Below, one piece after another: positions 28,090 to 41,394 of a DNA stretch of 64,000 nucleotides (positions within the stretch are counted from its first letter, which is position 1; each line of letters opens with the position of its first letter). Source of the DNA: Macrostomum lignano (lineage: Eukaryota); the NCBI GenBank assembly GCA_002269645.1, contig NIVC01002782.1, positions 1 to 64,000 on the forward strand, given 5' to 3'. The position numbers and the translations under genes were made by a program. The notes under the pieces were generated by a model. That model worked only from the letters and a program-made list of their open reading frames with translations. It was not told where the DNA came from and did no database searches.

Positions 28090-29460
28090 GATCTTCTTCA
28101 GTGAACTAGAGTGACAGTGAATGAGAGTGACAGTGAATGAGAGTGAGAGTGAATGAGAGTGAGAGTGAACGAGAGTGACAGTGAATGAGAGTGACAGTGA
28201 ATGAGAGTGAGAGTGAATGAGAGTGAGAGTGAATGAGAGTGAGAGTGAATGAGACTGACAGTGAATGAGAGTGACAGTGAATGAGACTGACAGTGAATGA
28301 GAGTGACAGTGAATGAGAGTGAGAGTGAATGAGAGTGACAGTGAATGAGAGTGACAGTGAATGAGAGTGAGAGTGAATGAGAGTGAGAGTGAATGAGAGT
28401 GACAGTGAATGAGAGTGACAGTGAATGAGAGTGAGAGTGAATGAGAGTGAGAGTGAATGAGAGTGAGAGTGAATGAGACTGACAGTGAATGGGAGTGACA
28501 GTGAATGAGACTGACAGTGAATGAGAGTGACAGTGAATGAGAGTGACAGTGAATGAGAGTAACAGTGAATGAGAGTGACAGTGAATGAGAGTGAGAGTGA
28601 ATGAGAGTGAGAGTGAATGAGATTGACAGTGAATGAGAGTGACAGTGAATGAGAGTGAATGACAGTGAATGAGAGTGACAGTGAATGAGAGTGAATGAGA
28701 GTAAATAACAGTGAAGGAGAGTGAATGAGAGTGAATGAGTGTGAATGAGAGTGAATGAGAGTGAATGAGAGTGAATGAGAGTGAATGAGAGTGAATGACA
28801 GTGAATGAGAGTGAATGACAGTGAATGAGAGTGAATGAGAGTGAATGAGAGTGAATAACAGTGAATGAGAGTGAGAGTGAATGAGAGTGAATTAGAGTGA
28901 ATGACAGTGAATGAGAGTGAGAGTGAATTAGAGTGAATAACAGTGAATGAGAGTGAGAGTGAATGAGAGTGAATTAGAGTGAATGACAGTGAATGAGAGT
29001 GAGAGTGAATGAGAGTGAATTAGAGTGAATGACAGTGAATGATAGTGAGAGTGAATTAGAGTGAATAACAGTGAATGAGAGTGAGAGTGAATGAGAGTGA
29101 ATGAGTGTGAATGACAGTGAATGAGAGTGAGAGTGAATGAGAGTGAATTAGAGTGAATGACAGTGAATGAGAGTGAGAGTGAATGAGAGTGAATTAGAGT
29201 GAATGAGAGTGAATGAGAGTGAATGAGAGTGAATGAGAGTGAATGAGAGTGAATGAGAGTGAATGAGAGTGAATGAGAGTGAATGAGAGTGAATGAGAGT
29301 GAATGAGAGTGAATGAGAGTGAATGAGAGTGAATGACAGTGAATGAGAGTGAATGAGAGTGAATGACAGTGAAGGAGAGTGAATGAGAGTGAATGAGAGT
29401 GAATGAGAGTGAATGACAGTGAATGAGAGTGAATGAGAGTGAATGACAGTGAATGAGAGT
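28090..29460. repeat. GAGTGAATGA-based 10/16-bp repeat
   Basis: Direct inspection. Confidence 0.95.
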
Positions 29461-30104
29461 GATCCCAACCCAGCACCGGAACTGATTCACGGTCTTCATT
29501 AGTCCGGACTCGCTAAGCCTGAGCCACTTGGCCAGAGAACTGGCAGTCGGTCCCTTCTGCCAGATAAATGCAAGTGAAGCCGGGGACCGCCAAGGATCTT
29601 CAAATCCTTTGGCGACTCTCCCACGAGACTTCAGACAAGGATGAGAAGGGGATCCTTATCCCCACTTCAGGAGGCAGGGAAGAGCGGGGACATGGATAGG
29701 CCTGTGCTGGCTGAAACCTCCGGCCGAAACGGACAAAAGCCAATTATGCCGTTTGAAGTTGGGCTGGGCTGCCACTTATGCGTTTCTCTCTGTGTCTCTC
29801 TGCGATGCCATCAAGATATTCTCATTGAGAACTGAGACTGGCTGAGACTCGCATCTGGCAACCAAATTGGCCATCTTTGACCGGCACAGGAGCCACTAAT
29901 AAAAAGCTTTAAAAAAATTTCGACGACCATCTGAAATGCGATCCTAAAAGGAGAGAAGAGGATTTAGACTGAGACAAGATTTCTCCCGGGGATTTGTTTG
30001 TTTACAAACTGGCTCTGCCAGTGGGATGTGGGATGCGAGCGAATGGGAACAGCGGGCACCTCCTTTGGATGGGGATTTTTGACACGGATTGTTAATTCTC
30101 TGCG

Positions 30105-32770
30105 CCCTTCTCACCCTGTGTCTCCGCTCTCTGCATCTCCTTCTCACCCTGTGTCTCCGCTCTCTGCATCTCCTTCTCACCCTGTGTCTCCGCTCTCTGC
30201 ATCTCCTTCTCACCCTGTGTCTCCGCTCTCTGCATCTCCTTCTCACCCTGTGTCTCCGCTCTCTGCATCTCCTTCTCACCCTGTGTCTCCGCTCTCTGCA
30301 TCTCCTTCTCACCCTGTGTCTCCGCTCTCTGCATCTCCTTCTCACTTTGTGTCTCCGCTCTCTGCATCTCCTTCTCACCCTGTGTCTCCACTCTCTGCAT
30401 CTCCTTCTCACCCTGTGTCTCCGCTCTCTGCATCTCCTTCTCACTTTGTGTCTCCGCTCTCTGCATCTCCTTCTCACCCTGTGTCTCCGCTCTCTGCCTC
30501 TCCTTCTCACCCTGTGTCTCCGCTCTCTGCATCTCCTTCTCACCCTGTGTCTCCACTCTCTGCTACTCCTTCTCACCCTGTGTCTCCACTCTCTGCCTCT
30601 CCTTCTCACCCTGTGTCTCCGCTCTCTGCCTCTCCTTCTCACCCTGTGTCTCCACTCTCTGCCTCTCCTTCTCACCCTGTGTCTCCACTCTCTGCCTCTC
30701 CTTCTCACCCTGTGTCTCCGCTCTCTGCCACTCCTTCTCACCCTGTGTCTCCGCTCTCTGCATCTCCTTCTCACCCTGTGTCTCCACTCTCTGCCTCTCC
30801 TTCTCACCCTGTGTCTCCACTCTCTGCCTCTCCTTCTCACCCTGTGTCTCCACTCTCTGCATCTCCTTCTCACCCTGTGTCTCCACTCTCTGCATCTCCT
30901 TCTCACCCTGTGTCTCCACTCTCTGCCTCTCCTTCTCACCCTGTGTCTCCACTCTCTGCCTCTCCTTCTCACCCTGTGTCTCCGCTCTTTGCCTCTCCTT
31001 CTCACCCTGTGTCTCCACTCTCTGCCTCTCCTTCTCACCCTGTGTCTCCGCTCTCTGCATCTCCTTCTCACCCTGTGTCTCCGCTCTCTGCATCTCCTTC
31101 TCACCCTGTGTCTCCGCTCTCTGCATCTCCTTCTCACCCTGTGTCTCCGCTCTCTGCATCTCCTTCTCACTTTGTGTCTCCGCTCTCTGCATCTCCTTCT
31201 CACCCTGTGTCTCCACTCTCTGCATCTCCTTCTCACCCTGTGTCTCCGCTCTCTGCATCTCCTTCTCACCCTGTGTCTCCGCTCTCTGCATCTCCTTCTC
31301 ACCCTGTGTCTCCGCTCTCTGCCTCTCCTTCTCACCCTGTGTCTCCGCTCTCTGCATCTCCTTCTCACCCTGTGTCTCCACTCTCTGCTACTCCTTCTCA
31401 CCCTGTGTCTCCACTCTCTGCCTCTCCTTCTCACCCTGTGTCTCCGCTCTCTGCCTCTCCTTCTCACCCTGTGTCTCCACTCTCTGCCTCTCCTTCTCAC
31501 CCTGTGTCTCCGCTCTCTGCATCTCCTTCTCACCCTGTGTCTCCGCTCTCTGCATCTCCTTCTCACCCTGTGTCTCCGCTCTCTGCATCTCCTTCTCACC
31601 CTGTGTCTCCGCTCTCTGCATCTCCTTCTCACCCTGTGTCTCCGCTCTCTGCATCTCCTTCTCACTTTGTGTCTCCGCTCTCTGCATCTCCTTCTCACCC
31701 TGTGTCTCCACTCTCTGCATCTCCTTCTCACCCTGTGTCTCCACTCTCTGCCTCTCCTTCTCACCCTGTGTCTCCACTCTCTGCCTCTCCTTCTCACCCT
31801 GTGTCTCCGCTCTTTGCCTCTCCTTCTCACCCTGTGTCTCCACTCTCTGCCTCTCCTTCTCACCCTGTGTCTCCGCTCTCTGCCTCTCCTTCTCACCCTG
31901 TGTCTCCGCTCTCTGCCACTCCTTCTCACCCTGTGTCTCCGCTCTCTGCATCTCCTTCTCACCCTGTGTCTCCACTCTCTGCCTCTCCTTCTCACCCTGT
32001 GTCTCCGCTCTCTGCCTCTCCTTCTCACCCTGTGTCTCCGCTCTCTGCCACTCCTTCTCACCCTGTGTCTCCGCTCTCTGCATCTCCTTCTCACCCTGTG
32101 TCTCCACTCTCTGCTACTCCTTCTCACCCTGTGTCTCCACTCTCTGCCTCTCCTTCTCACCCTGTGTCTCCGCTCTCTGCCTCTCCTTCTCACCCTGTGT
32201 CTCCACTCTCTGCCTCTCCTTCTCACCCTGTGTCTCCGCTCTCTGCATCTCCTTCTCACCCTGTGTCTCCGCTCTCTGCATCTCCTTCTCACCCTGTGTC
32301 TCCGCTCTCTGCATCTCCTTCTCACCCTGTGTCTCCGCTCTCTGCATCTCCTTCTCACTTTGTGTCTCCGCTCTCTGCATCTCCTTCTCACCCTGTGTCT
32401 CCACTCTCTGCATCTCCTTCTCACCCTGTGTCTCCACTCTCTGCCTCTCCTTCTCACCCTGTGTCTCCACTCTCTGCCTCTCCTTCTCACCCTGTGTCTC
32501 CGCTCTTTGCCTCTCCTTCTCACCCTGTGTCTCCACTCTCTGCCTCTCCTTCTCACCCTGTGTCTCCGCTCTCTGCCTCTCCTTCTCACCCTGTGTCTCC
32601 GCTCTCTGCCACTCCTTCTCACCCTGTGTCTCCGCTCTCTGCCTCTCCTTCTCACCCTGTGTCTCCGCTCTCTGCCACTCCTTCTCACCCTGTGTCTCCG
32701 CTCTCTGCCACTCCTTCTTACCCTGTGTCTCCACTCTCTGCATCTCCTTCTCACCCTGTGTCTCCGCTCT
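30105..32770. repeat. 33-bp minisatellite, ~80 copies (CCTGTGTCTCCGCTCTCTGCATCTCCTTCTCAC)
   Basis: 11-aa periodicity; stop-free in several frames, which produces the spurious ~1000-aa ORFs. Confidence 0.97.
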
Positions 32771-33314
32771 GTCACTCTCCTCCCTCCGGCCTCTCGCCTA
32801 TCTCCATCTATATCAACCTCAACATTTCTTATCCTCCAACCATTTCAACGAGTGCCATTGCCTTGCAGCTACCTTCACTCATTGCCCATGACAAGTCGCT
32901 CATCATCAGCTTTAATAATCCTTGTCGATAACTACCGCCCCAGCTTCCACAGCCTCATCAGGAGTTATTACAGCCTCCGATCTGTCAGGCCAGCACCTGA
33001 GCAGCGAAAGGGATTCCGAATGCTTTGCTCAATGATCCTCGATCCCATTACGCCATTTTGGGCAGCTCAAGCCTCTACCGATGTTTTCCCCCTAATTCTC
33101 ATGGGATCGGATGAGCAGCTCGGCTGAGAACTGAGATGGAGATAGGGCTAAAGGGATTAAAATCCCGCAACATGAGAATATCTTTTTTCTTGATCCCATC
33201 TCAACGAGAGACGTTAATCCTGCGTTGAATCCCCGGATAAAAAAACGATGGGGGCAGTTGAGGACCGAACAGATGATAAACTGGCCACTGCTTGATTATC
33301 AATCCAGCCTTTAT

Positions 33315-34065
33315 CCCATCTTTACCCTCCCCGACCCATCTTTACCCTCCCCGACCCATCTTTACCCTCCCCGACCCATATTTACCCTCCCCGACCCATC
33401 TTTACCCTCCCCGACCCATCTTTACCCTCCCCGACCCATCTTTACCCTCCCCGACCCATCTTTACCCTCCCCGACCCATCTTTACCCTCCCCGACCCATC
33501 TTTACCCTCCCCGATCCATCTTTACCCTCCCCGACCCATCTTCACCCTCCCCGACCCATCTTTACCCTCCCCGACCCATCTTTACCTTCCCCGACCCATC
33601 TCTTTCCAGCCTGACCCATCTCCACTCAGCCTGACCCATCTCTACCCAGCCTGACCCATCTCTACCCAGCCTGGCCCATCTCTACCCAGCCTGACCCATC
33701 TCTACCCAGCCTGACCCATCTCTACCCAGCCTGACCCATCTCTACCCAGCCTGACCCATCTCTACCCAGCCTGACCCATCTCTACCCAGCCTGACCCATC
33801 TCTACCCAGCCTGACCCATCTCTACCCAGCCTGACCCATCTCTACCCAGCCTGACCCATCTCTACCCAGCCTGACCCATCTCCACTCAGCCTGACCCATT
33901 TCTTCCCAGCCTGACCCATCTCTACCCAGCCTGACCCATCTCTTCCCAGCCTGACCCATCTCTACCCAGCCTGACCCATCTCTACCCAGCCTGACCCATC
34001 TCTACCCAGCCTGACCCATCTCCACTCAGCCTGACCCATCTCCACTCAGCCTGACCCATCTCTAC
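33315..34065. repeat. Two related 20-bp minisatellites (TTTACCCTCCCCGACCCATC, then TCTACCCAGCCTGACCCATC)
   Basis: The unit switches near 33600. Confidence 0.95.
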
Positions 34066-34884
34066 CCTCTCTTCCAGCTCAGCTGCGCAGCTTCCTCGCT
34101 CATTAATTCCCACTAGCGTGAGCTGCGAGATTCTCAAAACCCATCGGCGAACCGTGAGATCCTACGGCTCCGCCCCGCTCCTCACTTGAGAAGCTCCGCC
34201 TCTGGGAGACCCCCCGCCGTCTTTTTGTGAGGATCCGGGAGATTAAACTCGGCAGAGGGTCGGGGAAGGGGGGGGTTGGACGACAACTTCCGAGACTGAG
34301 AGAGCGCAGCGAGAGAGGAGAGAGAGAGAGAGAGAGAGGGGGCGGAGACCCCAGGCTGCGAGCTGACAGAGTCGGGTATTGCGTGCGGCATCCAGCAGCT
34401 CAATAATAGGCCTCAAGCAGGATGTACCGGCTGAGTGGGTGGCACAATGATTCGCAGGACTGCTTCGGCACCTCGTCCAGCAGTCTACGGGATTGAAAAC
34501 TTTTGAACAGAGCCCATTGACTTCAATATGCAGCCTGATTTTAAGTTGACCCCTTGCTCCGGGGGACGAGCAGGCAAAACTTTAGCTAGTTCTGAAGTGG
34601 TCACAACAACGAGGCCGAGGACTCGGAGCAGGGCACATCCGATCTGCGATCCGCCTCCTCCTGCCACAACTTCTTGTTAGCTTTCTATAGGGGTCTGGGA
34701 GGGGTTCCTCTCGTCTACTCAATCGGGCAGATTGTTCAAAGCGATTTGCCGTGTTTTATACGAACACCAAGTGGACAATTTTGTAGAGAGGTGAGGTAAG
34801 GCAGATCCAGTGCTATTCTTGTTTGCAACACTGATTGATATTGGGATCTGAATATGCACCACTGCCAGGTGTTGCTGAGGGCAG

Positions 34885-35105
34885 AGGAGAGAAGAGAGAA
34901 GAGGAGAGGAGAGGAGAGGAGAGGAGAGGAGAGGAGAGGAGAGGAGAGGAGAGGAGAGGAGAGGAGAGGAGAGGAGAGGAGAGGAGAGGAGAGGAGAGGA
35001 GAGGAGAGGAGAGGAGAGGAGAGGAGAGGAGAGGAGAGGAGAGGAGAGGAGAGGAGAGGAGAGAGGAGAGGAGAGGAGAGGAGAGGAGAGGAGAGGAGAG
35101 GAGAG
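34885..35105. repeat. (GAGAG)n microsatellite
   Basis: Direct inspection. Confidence 0.95.
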
Positions 35106-36129
35106 TGGAGGGGACAGAAATTGCTGGAGAGGCTCATAGCCGAACAGAAGAAGCGGATGGAGACGGTTGCAGGCTGCCAGCAATACAAGAAACAGAGGCT
35201 CAATGTCGATTCAGCTTCGGAGCGGACTACAGCACACGGACAGTCAGGGTACAGAAACAAGCACACATTAACTGAGTTTCAAGCAAGCAAAATAAAAAAA
35301 ACCCACAAGAAATTCTAAGGCTACGAAAAGAGAGCAGCACATGATGAACTGGCGGCAGCAGCAGCAGCTTCGGTCCGCCTTGCTGAGTATCAAGTGGTTT
35401 CTATGAGAGCAGGGAGACTGAGAGAGAGGGGGAACAGAGAGATGGAGTGACAGCGACTCCGAATTCATAGCGGCCACACCGACGCTCCCAAAACCGCCGC
35501 GGACACTCCGGCTGCGCAGTCGCTAATGAGTGGAAAATTGGGGTATGGGGGGGCAATTTCTGGCTGGGGATAAACTCCCACTGCCCAAGTGCCCATCCGC
35601 AGCTATATCTATCAGCCAACACCCAGCCGCGCGCGCCCCTCTCTCACTTCACGTCTCTCCCCAGGCGTGTGTGGCGAGTTCGGGCTCGAATTTCAATTTC
35701 CTATCAGACTCGATATCCTCTCCATACACGCTGAGGGGAGAGAGAGAGTGGGAGAGCTATTGGGATAGAAACTTCGCTGCGGCGGACAGACAGATCTGCT
35801 GCTTCCCTCCATAATAGCGGGTATCAGTCGCAGCCTCCGCTTCATCGACTCGACACCCGCGGCTCCGGCCCCCACCCTGATAGTCCCAGACCCTATAAAC
35901 TATCAATAATGATTTTTCTTAGCGGCTCGGGCGCGAGCCGAACCGAATCTGCTAAAATCGGATTATTGGCAGGAGGAGGCTGGGCATGATGATGCTGTTG
36001 ATGATGATGATGGAAACTGCTGCCACTTAAGCGGACTGCGGCTGAAAATGAGAACTGAGATGACGGCCTGGGAACTTCTCACTAATAGCGTCTGCGTGCT
36101 ACCTCGTACTCTACTCCCTCTCCTCTCGC

Positions 36130-36790
36130 ACCCTCCCTCAGACTTCCCCAGACTCTCCCCTGATCAGCCTCCCTCACACTCTCCATCAGACTCTCTCCTA
36201 GCTCAGATTCTCTATCAGACTCTCCCCGACTCTCCCCTCACAATCTCCCTCAGACTCTCCCTCAGACTCTCCCTCACACTCTCCCATCATACACTCCCTC
36301 AGACTCTCTCCTCAGACTCTCCCCTCACACTCTCCCTCAGACTCTCGCTAAGACTCTCCCTTACACTCTCCCTCAGACTCTCGCTAAGACTCTCCCTTAC
36401 ACTCTCCCTCAGACTCTCGCTAAGACTCTCCCTTACACTCTCCCTCAGAATCTCGCTAAGACTCTCCCTTACACTCTCCCTCAGACTCTCGCTAAGACTC
36501 TCCCTTACACTCTCCCTCAGACTCTCGCTAAGACTCTCCCTTACACTCTCCCTCAGACTCTCGCTAAGACTCTCCCTTACACTCTCCCTCAGACTCTCGC
36601 TAAGACTCTCCCTTACACTCTCCCTCAGACTCTCGCTAAGACTCTCCCTTACACTCTCCCTCAGACTCTCCTTCAGATACTCTTCACACTCTCCCTCAGA
36701 CTCTCCCTTACACTCTCCCTCAGACTCTCCCTCAGACTCTCCCTCAGACTCTCGCTAAGACTCCGTCACACTCTACCCTCACACTTTCCC
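36130..36790. repeat. 36-bp minisatellite built from 12-bp CTCTCCCTCAGA subunits
   Basis: Direct inspection. Confidence 0.92.
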
Positions 36791-38278
36791 CCTTACTCTT
36801 GCCCTTCATTCACACTGCAGCTTCGATATTGAATCAATTCCACGCGGAAAGTGCTGACACCGAAGCGGGGTACAATTAGCCTTTAGCCTGCAGTAGCTGG
36901 AGCTCCCCGCAGCCGCAAGGCTCTCACAGTTTCTCTACTCAAATTGACAGCTAGCGAGCGGGCCCTGACGACCCGATGACAGATCCAGATAGTATATTTC
37001 ATCCTCAACTGTCACTGTCACCGGAAACTGCTGGAGTCTGTGCTGGGTGGCAGGCTGTGTTTCTACTCTGTGCGCAGATTGAAAGCTTGGCTAGTCAGTT
37101 AGTAAGCCAAAGCAATAATCACTGCCAGTCACGAAACCGCGCTTTGTGGCCGCGCATTCTGTGTGGCGAAATTTACACCAATTTGCCTGGGGTGAAACTC
37201 GTACTTCAATGCATGTTTCTGCCAACAGATCTGCTAGTTTGTGGTAGAAACGTTTTATCAAAACCCACCACTATCGAATCCAAATTGCTGGCTCTAGATT
37301 GTACCCACCCCACTCCCCAGCCACTCCGTCTTCCTGAATTCCTATTGGCTGGCTCTGGATTGTACCCACCCCACTCCTCAGCCACTCCGTCTTCCTGCAT
37401 TCCTATTGGCTGGCTCCTTGATTGCACCCAACCCACTCCCGGCCACTTCGTCCTGTATTTTAATTTCAACGTCAAACAGCCAACCCTTATCGATTGTAAA
37501 GTTTAATTTGTTACGTTTTAGACTTGTTTATCATTGCGTACGTAGCTATACATGTATACTGTAAATAAAACAGTCTTCTTAACACGAAAACACCCAAATC
37601 ATCTTATTAAAAGTGGCAATTTAGCCTTTAATCTTATAAAAATATTACTTATCATATAATAAATAGATATAGACAGACAAATATATCATTTAAAGATCTG
37701 AAAGCATGGCACACGGAATCAGAGTTGAGAAGGCTGATTTAAACATACGAGTATAAATATATCCACAAAACACATTTAGAGTTCGGAATAAGTTTGCGTG
37801 TAGCTAACAAGATACATTTATATTGACGCAATGTGGTATGTAAGCAGTGTGTTAGCAGCAACTGAATGATGTAATTAAATTTGGAGAAAACTGAACACTT
37901 AATCAGTATTCACAGTGCGATTACCTTATGAGTGCAACTGTTTACGAGCGTAGTCAGTCAATCTCCGATATGTACAGTATCATAAACAAGTGTCTACAAT
38001 ATTGAGGGCGAGAGTTGGACAAAAAATGGGACTTGAACCAAAGGTGCAGTCTTTTCTGTTTTGAGCTCAGCGATTTGGTTCACTTTCATTCACAATCGGT
38101 AAAAGAGAGACAAAAAAAGAAAGAATAGAGAGAAAAGAGAGGGAGAGAAGAGAGAAAAGGGAGAAGAGAGAGAGAAGAGAGAGAGAGAGAGGGGAGAAGA
38201 AAGGGAGAAGAGGGAAAAGAGAGATGAGAGTAAACAGGAAGCAGACAGTTGGCACTGGCAGACTGAGATGCGAGTCTA

Positions 38279-38974
38279 TCATACCTGACCGAGATAGAGC
38301 TTCTTGGTGAGGTGGCTGACGACTCCCACAGACCAGGGCGCCATATCGTCAGGCCTCGGCAGCTGCAGAACCCGCTGGTTCACCAGAGTCATGAGCTGGT
38401 GAAACTCCAGCTGGTTGCCAAACTTGGTGACTAAATCGCACAGGGTGACGGTGAACTGTGGGCCGCCATGCCCCAGCACCAGTGCCGTGTCAGCGAAGAC
38501 GGGAAGGCCGCTGGCCGCAGCCGCCTGCGACCCATTCGGCAGCCTGTTGGCGTCGCAGCAGATCCTCGACTTAGTCAGCAGGCCTTCGTTATCGTACTGA
38601 ACGATGAACACCTTGGGCTTGCAGCGCCACACCGGGGACTTGCTGAACGGCTCCAACAGGCGGTCAAAGTCCACGTCCAGGCCCGACACGTTGATGCCCC
38701 AGCCGTCCAGGGCGTTGTAGCAGCCCGACAGGCCGACCACCAGACAATCGTACACGTCGCAGCTCTGATCGTCGGCGAGGGTATCGAAGTACTCGTACAC
38801 CTCCCGGTTGGTCTCGCCACTCAGCACGTTGCGCTCCCGGCGCTCGAACTGGAGGCTGTCGAAGGCGTCGCGCATCGGCTGCAGTCGGACCCGGGGATTG
38901 TCGCGATACAGCACGCAGAGCTTCCGGCTGCACGGGTACTGCTGCGGCATGGCCGGGGCAGCGGCGGGGTGCGG
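38279..38974 (-). CDS. Pseudo-caspase domain C (complete caspase fold in one exon; terminal exon or separate ORF from ATG 38950)
   Basis: QYPCSRKLCVLYRD...DCLVVGLSGCY...WRCKPKVFIVQYDN...ADTALV...SHLTKKLYL. Stop at 38281-38279. Confidence 0.85.
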   Translation of the reverse strand, partial: PHPAAAPAMPQQYPCSRKLCVLYRDNPRVRLQPMRDAFDSLQFERRERNVLSGETNREVYEYFDTLADDQSCDVYDCLVVGLSGCYNALDGWGINVSGLDVDFDRLLEPFSKSPVWRCKPKVFIVQYDNEGLLTKSRICCDANRLPNGSQAAAASGLPVFADTALVLGHGGPQFTVTLCDLVTKFGNQLEFHQLMTLVNQRVLQLPRPDDMAPWSVGVVSHLTKKLYLGQV

Positions 38975-38979
38975 CTGAC

Positions 38980-39025
38980 TGTGTCTGTCTGTTTGCCTGT
39001 CTGTCTGTCTGTTTGCCTGTCTGTC

Positions 39026-39100
<75 letters not shown>

Positions 39101-39187
39101 GCCTGTCTGTCTGTTTGCCTGTCTGCCTGCCTGCCTGTCTGTCTGTCTGTCTGTCTGTCTGCCTGTCTGTTTGCCTGTCTGTCTGCC

Positions 39188-39254
<67 letters not shown>

Positions 39255-39307
39255 TTGTCTGTCTGTCTGTCTGTCTGACTGCCTGCCCGTCTCTGCCTGT
39301 CTGCCTC

Positions 39308-39370
<63 letters not shown>

Positions 39371-39383
39371 GCCTGTCTGTCTT

Positions 39384-39452
<69 letters not shown>

Positions 39453-39470
39453 GTCTGTCTGTGTCTGCCT
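38980..39470. repeat. (GTCT)n microsatellite abutting pseudo-caspase domain C
   Basis: Direct inspection. Confidence 0.96.
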
Positions 39471-39768
39471 TTTTGTTTTTGTCACTGTCTGTCCGTCTGC
39501 CTACCCTTCTGTGTACCATCCTGCCTGTTAATCTACGCGTAAAAAAGTAAACAAGGCTGCCATTTGTCAATAAAAATCTCTACACAATTGTATTTTACTG
39601 ATAAAAAAACTTTTTTAAGACTCCGTTTGACTCCATGTCAAAATTATAAAACAGTTTTCCTAAATTCGAAAAGACAGCGTACTAACTATGCTACTTATTG
39701 TTAGTAAAAAACACAGCATTTGAAATTCGTATTAATGGCACCAGTTTAAAAACCTGCGCCGATCTAAG

Positions 39769-40344
39769 CTAATAGCGACCGACCCGACCGTCGCTGGCAG
39801 GGAACCGCACCAGCTTAGTCAGGGTGCTGAACACCTTCGGCATGGCGATCTCGGCGCAACCGCTGTCTCCCACCTTGGCCATCAGCTCCAGCACCATGTC
39901 CGTCAGCTCGGCGCCGCGGTCAGAATTTTGCTGTCCTGCTGTCAGCATCGCCTTGGCCAGCTCCTGGGCCGGGTTCGGCACCCGATGGCTGTCCATGAAG
40001 GGCAGCGGCGCATACAGGATGTAGAAGTCTGGGCCCAGCTGAAACTCCTGGCAGCGGGTCAGGGAGATGTACTCTTCCAGCCGCCCGGGGTTCAGCATGA
40101 AACCAAAGTGGTGCCGGCGAATTCGCTGCATACAGTCCAGGCGTTCCATTTCGCGCGGGGTGTGCACGATGAACAGACGCGGCTTGCCGGCCAGGGCTGG
40201 ACAGCGGTCCGAGCTAAACCGGCTGAACACCTCCTCGTGCAGGCGAAGTTTCGGGCGCAGCGGGTTCTCCAGGACGGCGTCGGTTTGGTTGCTAGGGACG
40301 CTGTACCTGCTGCTGCCGTAGCGATAGTAGCCGGAGTCCATGCC
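39769..40344 (-). CDS. Tandem pseudo-caspase gene, exon B2 (domain B, C-half)
   Basis: Acceptor ccccgctctgcag|GGC, phase 0. CPALAGKPRLFIVHTPR, DFYILYA and PKVFSTLTKLVRF. Either ends at TAG 39771-39769 or uses the phase-0 donor CGG|GTCGGT after 39784. Confidence 0.82.
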   Translation of the reverse strand, partial: GMDSGYYRYGSSRYSVPSNQTDAVLENPLRPKLRLHEEVFSRFSSDRCPALAGKPRLFIVHTPREMERLDCMQRIRRHHFGFMLNPGRLEEYISLTRCQEFQLGPDFYILYAPLPFMDSHRVPNPAQELAKAMLTAGQQNSDRGAELTDMVLELMAKVGDSGCAEIAMPKVFSTLTKLVRFPASDGRVGRY

Positions 40345-40364
40345 CTGCAGAGCGGGGATGGGAT

Positions 40365-40950
40365 TTTGGGTCAGGGGATTGCGTGTCAGGGGATTGTGGG
40401 TCAGGGGATTGTGGGTCAGGGGATTGCAGGTCAGGGGATTGCGGGTCAGGGGATTGTGGGTCAGGTGATTGTGGGTCAGGGGATTGAGGGTCAGGGCCAT
40501 TGTGGGTCAGGGGATTGTGTGTCAGGGGATTGCGGGTCCGGGGATTGTGGGTCAGGGGATTGTGGGTTAGGGAATTGTGGGTCAGGGATTGCGGGTCAGG
40601 GGATTGCGGGTCAGGAGATTGTGGGTCAGGGGATTTTGGGTCAGGTGATTGTGGGTCAGGGGATTGAGGGTCAGGGGATTGTGGGTCAGGGCCATTGTGG
40701 GTCAGGGGATTGTGGGTCAGGGGATTGCGGGTCCGGGGATTGTGGGTCAGGGGATTGTGGGTTAGGGAATTGTGGGTCAGGGATTGTGGGTCAGGGGATT
40801 GTGGGTCAGGGATTGAGGGTCAGGGGATTGTGGGTCAGGGATTGTGGGTCAGGTGATTGTGGGTCAGGGATTGTGGGTCAGGGATTGTGGGTCAAAGGAT
40901 TGTGGGTCAGGTGATTGTGGGTCAGGGATTGTGGGTCAGGGGATTGTGAG
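40365..40950. repeat. 15-bp intronic minisatellite (GGGTCAGGGGATTGT)
   Basis: Fills intron B1-B2. Confidence 0.95.
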
Positions 40951-40989
40951 CAGGATTTCGATTAAGAAGCGAATGCATTAACAGCCCAC

Positions 40990-41354
40990 CTGCTCCGACC
41001 TGACGCCCGGGTGAACCACCCCCGACGGCGGCGTCAGAAGGAAGCCGTACTCGCAGATCAGGATGACCACCAGACAGTCCAGCGGGTTGTGTTCGGCTGA
41101 CGCTGCCAGCCGGCCGAGCTCAGAGTTCACCGACCCGGAGTTCACGTCGTCCAACCGGACGATTCGTTGCTTGTCGAAGCCGAGGCCCAGCAGGGCGCGC
41201 TCGTAGTCTTCGGCCCGGGCCGGCAGGTCGGCTTTGAAGGGCGGTGAACAGTCGCCGAATTTCATGGTGGCGATGAGGCAGTGGCCTCGTCTGGACAGCG
41301 GGTAGGCAGCCAGCAGCTCGTCGGGATCCTGCTGCATGTGGGTGCCGGGTCGGA
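40990..41354 (-). CDS. Tandem pseudo-caspase gene, exon B1 (domain B, N-half)
   Basis: Strong acceptor ccaacccttgctgcag|TC (phase 1). AYPLSRRGHCLIA...LGF...DCLVVILICEYG. Donor CAG|GTGGGC, phase 0. Confidence 0.8.
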
Positions 41355-41394
41355 CTGCAGCAAGGGTTGGAGGCATTTAGGATCAGGGTTGGGC

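Noticed and set aside
29944-33127. 943-, 977- and 1012-aa ORFs (RRHRV, VSPLSASPSHP, LLLTLCL repeats)
   Set aside because: They are translations of a stop-free 33-bp minisatellite, open in several frames on both strands.
36976-37506. 176-aa plus-strand ORF
   Set aside because: No recognisable motif; it is partly extended by a ~60-bp local duplication and has UTR-like composition.
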